Assembly (NCBI RefSeq): GCF_009834535.1
Contig: NC_045697.1
Span: forward strand, 71,736,001-71,800,000
Source: Camelus ferus
Taxonomy: Eukaryota
Reading direction: 5' to 3'
Length of the DNA: 64,000 nucleotides
This document shows, piece by piece, positions 55,113 through 64,000 of the stretch (position 1 is its first letter; the number at the start of each line of letters is the position of its first letter). The translations under genes and the position numbers were made by a program. The notes beneath the pieces were generated by a model that ran no database searches, was not told the DNA's origin, and was given only the letters and a program-made list of their open reading frames with translations.

Positions 55113-55479
55113 GCTTCAAGAAGGCACAGCACTGCCTCTAAAGAAGAATGTAAAATTCTAATTTAAAAAGTGACATGACCGTGAAAATTTGGAATGCCGT
55201 CAGAAATTGGGGTACAGGAACTAAACTGCAGTTTCAGAATTTGGCACATGCTGTCACATTGCACCTGCACATGGGGTGGCTTTTCCCCCATTGCTCAATA
55301 GTTTTTGTTCATCTATGACAAGAATTAGCTCATCTTGAAACAACCAAAGTAGTAGGTACTTGATTTATAGATGAAAACTAGCTCTGAGAAAGAACAAATA
55401 ACTTGTTTATAGTCAACAGTTACGAACCACTTTGAATTTAGGTCATCTCACTCCAAATCTGTGCTTGTAATCACCATCC

Positions 55480-55657
55480 TCGTGGGCCTCCCTCCTGGAT
55501 GCACAGTGGAATCCTCAGCAGAGCAGTTAGTAAATGCTGTTGGCTAGGTTTCACCTCTAAATATTCTAATTCGTTGGTCTTGGGTGGGACCTGGGAATAG
55601 GTAGTTTTTGAAAGCTCCCCCCATGAATTTAATAGGCATCTACAGCCAAGATCACTA
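55480..55657. mobile_element. MER5B-like hAT-Charlie element
   Basis: ctggatgcacagtggaatc...attctaattcgttggtcttgggtgggacctgggaataggtagtttttgaaagctcccc. Confidence 0.7.
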
Positions 55658-57199
55658 CACTGTCTGACACCGTTCCTCATCTTAAAGTTATCTTTGGTCT
55701 CAACCTCCTAAAATCCAATAATCTAGATTATTCTATCCAGGATGCAGAACACTTATGTGGTTGAAAATCTCCTGTGCTTTCTTGTATGGGTTTTATCATA
55801 TTAGACATGGACATTAGATGTGAAATGGAATTCTTTGCCCAGTCACATATAAAGAGGTGGTTCTGTGTAGGATGTCATAATTTTAAATTCAGTTTTTTTC
55901 CTGATCTTTCTGACAGGTAATCTTTCCATAACATATGATCTATTTAAATTGGCTTCTTAACTGTATTTTTATCTTTAGTACATCTGGCCCACACATTTTT
56001 AGTTAGTGCAGCTCTGATTCACAAAAGGATAACATGGGGCCACCTGAATCACGCTGCATTACATTGGCTAAAGAAAATGTCTCATCAAACTGCAGTTGTA
56101 GATGGCGGTAAAGATTTGTTAACTCATTATATAAAAGCCCATCTTTCTGTGGTTTGTATTTATCTCTTTAAAAGTGAAAGGAAAAGAAGAAAAAAAACAA
56201 CATTGAGCTCATGGGCAAGTTTGAAAAAGAATAAGTTAATTTAAGGATGAAGAAATATAATCCCTAAGATATGATACCTAGCATCTGGATTAGCATGTGT
56301 TAAGTATTTTATGAAATAGAAATTCATATCTGGACAGCTTATTTGACCAGAGAAAAGTAATTGGGACAGACAAGCACAAATCCAACATCTCTGTTTAAAC
56401 AAATGACCCGTCTATGGGCTTTGCTCTGGAAGGGCTGATCATGATTGCAGAGGCTGTCAAACAGAAGTGGGTACTGTGTTCCAGAGACAGCTCAGTGCTG
56501 AAAAGGCTAAGTGCATTGACTTATCTTTGAAATGTTGGCTAAAGATTCAGGAAGTAAGAAAGCAAGCATGGACATAACAGTTTCTATGGCAATGGGGGCC
56601 AAGGAAGCAAGGTAATCTGAATCTATAATTTTAAATTAATTTTAATCTTCCTGTCACAAAACAAATGTAACTGTAATGTATGGAATTTTACTTTTATATC
56701 TCATTTTATTATCCTTATCAAAAGAGGTGAAGTCAACCTGATGAAATTATTTCTCTTCTAAAAACAATAACATTTTATGGAAAATTCAGTTGCTGATAAG
56801 TAAATAGAAAATAAAATACAGACTTTTCTCTCATCAGGAATATTCAGTTATCTTTTAATGACCTTGAAGTCACTGAGGTAATCTTTCATCCTGAACTGTA
56901 TCACAGAATTTTAATGGATTGCTAGGTTTTATTTTGGATTAACTCCATAATTTTCTTTTGTTCACATTCTCTAGAAAGTAGACTATTAGTCAAAGATAGA
57001 GGATGTGAATTGCAAATTCATTTTACCACCAACATAAATTTTTAAACCTTCACTGTCATTTATAGACTAGAACTTTGACCTGTAGTCAGACATGATTCCT
57101 TCATTGAGTAAAAAGTTTTGTATCCAAATATCTACTATTTTTCCTAGGTCCCTTTCAATGTCATCTGCACCTGGTTCAAACAGTTTTAAGAAAAAGCAC

Positions 57200-57430
57200 C
57201 ATGTTGCAGTGTAAGGAACACTGGACTTGGATCCACAAGATACAAACCTCAAAGCCCTGGGTTATCCTGGATTTGAATCTCTGCTTTATATACTGTGAGC
57301 TTTGGACAAGCCACTGTCTCTTTGTCTATCTTCATTTCAGACTTCCCCTGCCTGGCTGGCAGGGTTGATATGAGGGTGGTGATAGGTGTGAAACTACTTT
57401 GAAAACCGTTAATTACTTTATAAGCGTAGA
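57200..57430 (+). mobile_element. MIR SINE
   Basis: gcagtgtaaggaacactggacttggatcc...cctggatttgaatctctgct...ctgtgagctttggacaagccact...gtgaaactactttgaaaac. Confidence 0.75.
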
Positions 57431-58619
57431 GAACTGTAGTCAACAGCTTCTTATATCACGGAATCTGTTTCTCATTATTTGGCAGCAGGACAGAGGAAAA
57501 TGCTTCTAACCGCGTATCACGTGTATCTCAGAAAGGAATTGTGGATAAAACCCTGATTAGAAGAAACTGGCTTCATCTAGTGACCCTGAACAATCATTTA
57601 AAAATTTCCCTGCCCCTGTGATCCCATTTGTGATCTGAGTGCAGTAACAGGTAACTGTGTACATTCCTCGAAGTGGGTTTAGAAGGAGTAAGAACCACAC
57701 ACACTGTAGTTCTGTGCTGCCGAGACACAGCCCATTAAGTTATCAAGTGATACCACTGCGAAACCCATATGTTCTTACTTGTAACATTTTCATCTTAGAA
57801 CAGTTTTTTTTTTTCCTGAAAGACTGGGCCTAAAGCAAGATTCTCTGATTATAACATATCTCCATTCATCCCGTTTTTTATTTCTCAGAACATAAGAAAC
57901 GTTTATAAGATATTTTCACTATATTTGTATCCAAGCCAAACATAAAAACATAGCTGTCTTCTGTGTCTCAAAGACAGCAGAGAAAATGAACAGGGAAGCC
58001 TGGAGTCACCTTTGCTGAATCTCACCTGTTTCCTCTGGCCCCCGCCCCCACTACCCCCATGGCACTCCTGTGTCGGCATCCACAGAGCTATGATATGGAT
58101 CTATGATGTTTTGTGTGTGCTTTCCAACGCCATTATTAACATTTTGCCCATCTCTTCTTTGGGGACTAAGAGTGGGCTTTCTGTTTCTTCACGACTCAGA
58201 CGATCGCCAAGACAGCGGTCAGTGTGTGTTGACAGCCTGGCTCCAGCCACCTCATCTGGGGCCGGAAATATTGAGGAGACAGAACTGGGCAACGACAGGG
58301 TCTGTGTACCCCATAATCAGACATCCCTTGCCTCTACCCTCTAGTCAAGCTGGACGATCCAGTGTTTCCCAAACGCAGCCTCCTCTTTTTCACATCCGCA
58401 TTTAATTATATCACTGTGACTGCCCAGGATGCCCCGCCCCCGCTTTTGTCATCTTTCACAGATGTCTCCAGTGCCAGTCACCACCCTGATATCTGTGCGT
58501 TTCTTGCATATTTTTGTTACCTCTCTCTCTTGAGCCTCTGGGGCTCTTGATTGATAGCACTGTTAGGTGACTTGACACATCCTTTCTTGTATACACTTGT
58601 TTACCTATTTTCCTATTGT

Positions 58620-58830
58620 TTGAACCCTCTACTGAGAGACATTAGCTGTGTAACCCTGGACGACTTATCTGACCCCACTATAACATTTCTCTTGACTCAT
58701 TAAATGATAATTACAGTAGTAAACCTATCTCATAAAATTGTTTTGAGGGTAAAGTAAATCAATGTAAGTGCAGAACTCAGACCATTGTCTGGTACATTGT
58801 AAATGTTGTGTAAGTTATTATTCTTAATAG
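58620..58830 (+). mobile_element. MIR SINE
   Basis: cattagctgtgtaaccctggac...aaacctatctcataaaattgttttgagggtaaagtaaatcaatgtaagtgc...gtctggtacattgtaa. Confidence 0.8.
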
Positions 58831-59459
58831 TACTATTACACCTATCGTATGTATTATAAATATGTCTGTGGATGGATGTCTGTGTTTTTGAAAAGAAACT
58901 TAACTTATCCTTCATCATATTCCCATTATCTAATCTAGTTTCTGATATTTAGTAAGTTCTAAATAAATGTTTTTAAATACGTAAATAAAAAAATAAAGCC
59001 TGATTGCCATTGTTGCAATTCTCTAGAGACTGCATTTTGCCTAAACCGAGTTGACATTGCTTTAGTTTGATGAATTTTAAGCAATTCAGTGTTTTGGTGA
59101 GGAACAAATCTTTATAAAACTTTAAAATGTCCTCAAACACAGGGTATAATATTTAATTTTTTATTCATTCACTTAGCTCAGCTGTTAATACATGCAAATC
59201 TCAGATAAAGTAACTCAATCTTTATCTTACTATTTTAATTACATGATCCACAACAATGTAAAATGGTTCAACTATCTAAACAGAATGCTAACATGTAATG
59301 CTAGAAATCTAGTTGACCTAGTGATTCAATCATTACGTTTGTATGTGCTAAGTCATTGTTGGTTCCTATAGATTGTTATCCTAAACCAATTTCAGAGGCA
59401 CTTGCTGACAAAATGAATAACATTAAATCCACTATCCATTTGCATATGAATTTCTTTTT

Positions 59460-60921
59460 AATTTTTAATAGGCTTTATTTGTTAGAGCAGTTTTTGGTTT
59501 ACAACAAAATTAAGAGAAAGGTACTGAAATTTCCCACGTACTTCCTACTCCTACATACATGTACTCTCCCCCTTTATCAACATCACTTGCCAGAATGGCA
59601 CTTCTTTTTTTAACAAGGATGAACCTATTTTGACATATAATAAACACCCAAAGCCTATAGTTTACCTTAGGGTTCACTCTTGGTGTTGTACATTCTATGG
59701 GTTTAGATAAAAGTGTAATGAACTATATCCAAGATTATACCATTATATCAAGTTTTTCATTGCCTTAAAAATCTCTGTGCTCTAATTATTCATCTTTCTC
59801 CCAACTCCACCCTTGGCAACGACTGATCTTCGTATTGTCAAATAGTTGGAATCATACAGAATCAGCCTTTTCAGATTGGCTTCTATCTGTAATATGCACT
59901 TAAGCTTCCTCCATGTCTTTTCATGGCTTGATATCTCATGTCTTCTTAGCACTGAATAATATTCTATTATGTGAATGCATCATGTTTTATTTATTCATTC
60001 ACCTACTGAAGGACATCTTGGTTGCTTCCAACTTTTGGCAATTATGAATAAAACTGCTGTAAACATCATGTGCAGGTTTTTGTGTGGACGTAAGTTTTCA
60101 GCTTCTTTGTGTAAATACTAAGGAGTGAGATTCCTGGACTGTATGGTAAGAGTATGTTTAGTTTTGTAAGAAACTGCCAAACTGTCTTCCAAAGTGGCTG
60201 CACCATTTTGCATTCCCATCAGCAAAGATAGAATTCTTGTTTCTCCACATCATTGTCAGCATTTGGTGTTGTCAGTGTTCCAGATTTTGGCCATCCTAAT
60301 AGGTACATAGTATTATCTCATTGTTTTTTTAAAATTTTCATTTCCTTGAAAACATGGAAAATATGTGGAGCATCTTTTCATGTGCCTGTTTGCCACCTGT
60401 GTATCTTCTTTGGTGAGGTGTCTCTTAAGGTCTTTTGCCCATTTAGTCAGTTTATTTTCTTACTGTCAAATTTTAAGAGTGCTTTATATATTTTGGATAA
60501 CAGTCTTTTATCAAATGTGTCATTTGCAAATATTTTCTCCTAGTCTGTGGCTTATCTTCTGTTTCTCTTGATGTTGTCCTTTGCAAAGCAGAAGTTTTTA
60601 ATATTAATGAAGTTCAAATTATCAACTATTTCTTTCATAGATCATGCCTTTGGTGTTATACCTAAAATGGCATCACCATACCCAAGATCATCTAGGTTTT
60701 TCCTGTTACCTTCTATGAGTTTTATAATTTTGCATTTTACATTAAGGTCTGTGATCCATTTTGGGTTAACTTTTGTGAAAGGCATAAAAGACTGTGTCTA
60801 GATTTACTTTTTGCACGTGGATAACCCTGTTGTTCTGGCACCATTGGTTGAAGGGACTCTCTTTGCTCCATCGTATTGCTTTTGTTGCTTTGTCAAAGAT
60901 GAGTTAATCATATTCACAGAG
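59460..60921 (-). mobile_element. 5'-truncated L1 (L1MC1/2-like), ~1.45 kb
   Basis: The 3' UTR reads tagagcagtttttggtttacaacaaaattaag...agggttcactcttggtgttgtacattctatgggttt, followed by ORF2 3' sequence. A 12-bp TSD gaatttcttttt lies at 59448-59459 and 60922-60933. Confidence 0.93.
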
Positions 60922-62993
60922 GAATTTCTTTTTTAATTTAAGGAGGCTATTTTACATTTTATAGATCCTATTGTGAATTGTTTTTTCAGTCAAATGCCAT
61001 GGCCTGCTATTTGGAGATGAAGAGCTGTCTACATTTAGAACTAGAAAAATCTTTCTCAAAAGCTGTGTAAAGCTGAAGAGAAATTGCCTTAGACAAATTT
61101 ATCTAAACTTCCTGTAAGATTACACACTCCTGGAGTTATTTCCAGATGAAAATGGATATTAGACACACCCTGATTTCCGTTAGACTAGCCCTGATTTCCT
61201 TCAGGCTATGAATATGAAGATTAGGAATTATTTTCACAAGCAGCTGGAATCTGCCAAAGAAATCACTTGAAGCTTGAAAATGCTAAGCTACTACCTCACA
61301 AGACAGTTTGCAATTCTCAGTGGCAGAATGACGTGGGATGAGGCTCTTTTTACAGTAATTATAGAACAGAATGAGCTGCACCCTCGATGTTGGGGCCCTC
61401 ACCAAATAAAATTTATTCCATTATTACACGTTAAAAGCTTTCAGATTTCTGGGCTAAAGAAAATGATGTTTTTTTCCCAAAATGAATTGACTGGTTTTAT
61501 TGATTCTCTTCTATTTTGATTTTACATACTGGTATGGGGGAGTATGTTTCTTTAACATGTAACAATGTTGTTTCTTCTACCACAAAAGTTTTCCACTTTG
61601 TTTTACCTTAAATGCACTGCAAATTTACTTTCAACAAGTTTCTATTATCAACTCATCAAATCTATTCTACTACAGTGTTTGGTTGTTTTGGGTACATAAA
61701 AATGCATTTTTTTTCGAATGTTCCTTAAATAGATCTATATGTGGATAAGACCAAAACGTGTATATCCTGTCAAGATACTCATCAAAATGAAGTGTAATGT
61801 TAAAGGCCTTCTAATAACTTATTTGAATGGAATCTAGTTAATTGAGTTGAGGTGAAAATGGCTTTTAATAAGCAAAATTATTTGTTGAGGATACGTGTGT
61901 GTCCCGAGTTTCTACGATTATGAGATAGCGTTCTGCCACTAAATGATATTCAGTGTTGCTAGTTGAATTCCACAATTTAAATGTAAAATTATAAAATGAG
62001 AATACTTAGAGTATTATGGTGTCTTTCAGTGTATCAAAAATAATATCAAATCCATAGATATAAAATAAATATTTAAATACTTTTATCTCTAGTGACTTTT
62101 ACCCATAGGAACAACCTCTTCCAAATCATTACCTCCCTTCAAATCGAAGGTCTGAGGCTAGAAATTTTATTTGCTATCCTACCATGTCTTCATTAATATA
62201 TGATCCACCTTTTCTGACTATTGATCTTTCATGCTTTAAACGCGCTGATCAATAGAATAGACTCTTCTAATTCCGTATTTAAAAGCTAGAGATTATTCCA
62301 ACCATAAAAATACCTGTTGGAAATAGGTTTGCAACAGTATAAGCTTTAGGAATCATTCTATTTAATTTGTCAAAAAAACTCATTTTCTGATAGTAATAAT
62401 ATAAACTTAGAGGGTCTTTTGTCTCACTTGTCAAATAACACTTACTATCTAACAACTGCAGAGTATAATATTTGTGGGAAATTGCTGGGTCTCTAAGTGG
62501 TGTTTTGTTTGCTTCTGGTTCAGATTTCGGAAACCACCTGCTTTTCTGTTTTTAGATAAATGACATATCTAACAACTGTGATGATGACAGGGCTAACCTT
62601 TTATTACTTGGGTTGGATTTTTCCCATTTAGTTCTTTTTGACCCTCACTCAAATTATCAAAGGCTCAAAAAAAGAAAAAAAAAGTTTCTCTTACTAATAG
62701 TCAACATAAATGTAAACCTGGCTACCTCTTCACTAACTCCAATCTGCCAACTTGAAAACATGCAAATCCATCCATTATTTAGTTTCTGTTTAGTTTTATT
62801 CCAAATGAAAGCATGATTCTTAAATTTGGATTTAATTGGAGTATTCAGAACAGCATAATGTTTTACACCTTTGAGATAGTGGTAGTTTGTGTTTCCTGTA
62901 GAGAATTTTACCTTTTTTAACTTATGATTTTGAAACTAAAACTGATTTCAAGATTTTATGTATTTACCTTTTTTATAATGTACTCCTTTTACC

Positions 62994-64000
62994 TTTTTTA
63001 TTGAAGTATAGTCAGTTGCAATGTGTCAATTTCTAGTATACATCATAATGTCCCAGTCATATATATGTATACATATATATACACACATATATATTTGTTT
63101 TCATATTCTTTTTCATTAAAGGTTATTATAAGATATTGAATATAGTTCCCTATGCTATACAGAAGAAATTTATTTTTTAATTTATTTTTATATGTAGTAG
63201 TTAATATCTGCAAATCTCAAACGCCCAAATTTATCCCTTCCCACTCCCTTTTGCCCAGTAACCACAAGATTGTTTACTATGTCTGCAAGTCTGTTCCTGT
63301 TTCGTAGATGAGTTCATAGTGTCCTCTTTTTCTCTTTTTTTTAGATTTCACAAATGAATGATATCATGTGGTATTTTTCTTTCTCTTTCTGTCTTACTTC
63401 ACGGAGAATGGCAATCTCTAAGTCCATCCATGTTGCTACAAATGGCATTATTTTATTCTTCTTTATGGCTGAGTAGTATTCCATTGTATAAATAAACCAC
63501 AACTTCTTTATCCAGTCATCTGTCAGTGGACATTTAGGTTGCTTACATGTCTTGGCTATTGGATATAGTGCTGCTGTGAAAAAAGGGGTGCATGTATCTT
63601 TTTGAATTAGAGTTCCCTCCAGATACATGCCCAGGAGTGGGATTGCTGGATCACATGGCAAGTCTATTTTTAGTCTTTTGAGGAATCTCCATACTGTTTT
63701 CCACAGTGGCTACACCAAACTACATTCCCACCAGCGGTGTAGGAGGGTTCCCTTTTCTCCACACCCTCTCCAGCATTTATCATTTGTGGACTTTTGATTG
63801 ATGGCCATTCTGACTGGTGTGAGGTGACATCTCATTGTAGTTTTGATTTGCATTTCTCTGATAATTAGCAGTATTGAGCATTTTTTCATGTGTTTATTTG
63901 CCATTTGTATGTCTTCCTTGGAGAATTGCCTGTTTAGGTCTTCTGCCCATTTTTGAATTGGGTTGTTTGTTTTTTTGTTAAGTTGTAAGAGCTGTTTATA
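62994..64000 (-). mobile_element. LINE-1 3' end (same lineage-type subfamily as 15869-19086), continuing past the window edge
   Basis: The 3' UTR begins ttgaagtatagtcagtt. The ORF2 C-terminus reads [34 protein letters not shown] and [28 protein letters not shown]. Confidence 0.96.

Noticed and set aside
57067..57252. Protein-like minus-strand peptide (LFEPGADDIERDLGKIVDIW...)
   Set aside because: Its start overlaps a MIR, I do not recognise it, and there is no supporting donor site.

Overview
This is AT-rich, CpG-depleted placental-mammal genomic DNA, most likely from a camelid (alpaca/llama/camel). That call rests on a Vic-1-like tRNA-derived SINE at ~42.2 kb and two copies of a lineage-type L1. 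I recognise no host protein-coding exon, RNA gene, CpG island or CRISPR-like system. The window is dominated by retrotransposon and DNA-transposon fossils: four large minus-strand L1 pieces (15.9-19.1, 26.9-29.4, 59.5-60.9, 63.0-64.0 kb), older L1ME/L1MC fragments, five MaLR (MLT1) LTRs, many MIR and L2 fragments, a CR1/L3 relic, and small hAT elements (MER5, MER81, MER94). Every ORF with a recognisable protein is a broken L1 ORF2 fragment. The points worth a second look are nested insertions, a strong minus-strand bias of L1 and LTR elements suggesting a large intron of a + strand gene, and a few unique-sequence motif clusters that may be enhancers. I found no evidence of a novel biological system. 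Repeat subfamily names come from my recall of consensus sequences, not a database search, and boundaries are approximate unless a target-site duplication (TSD) is given.
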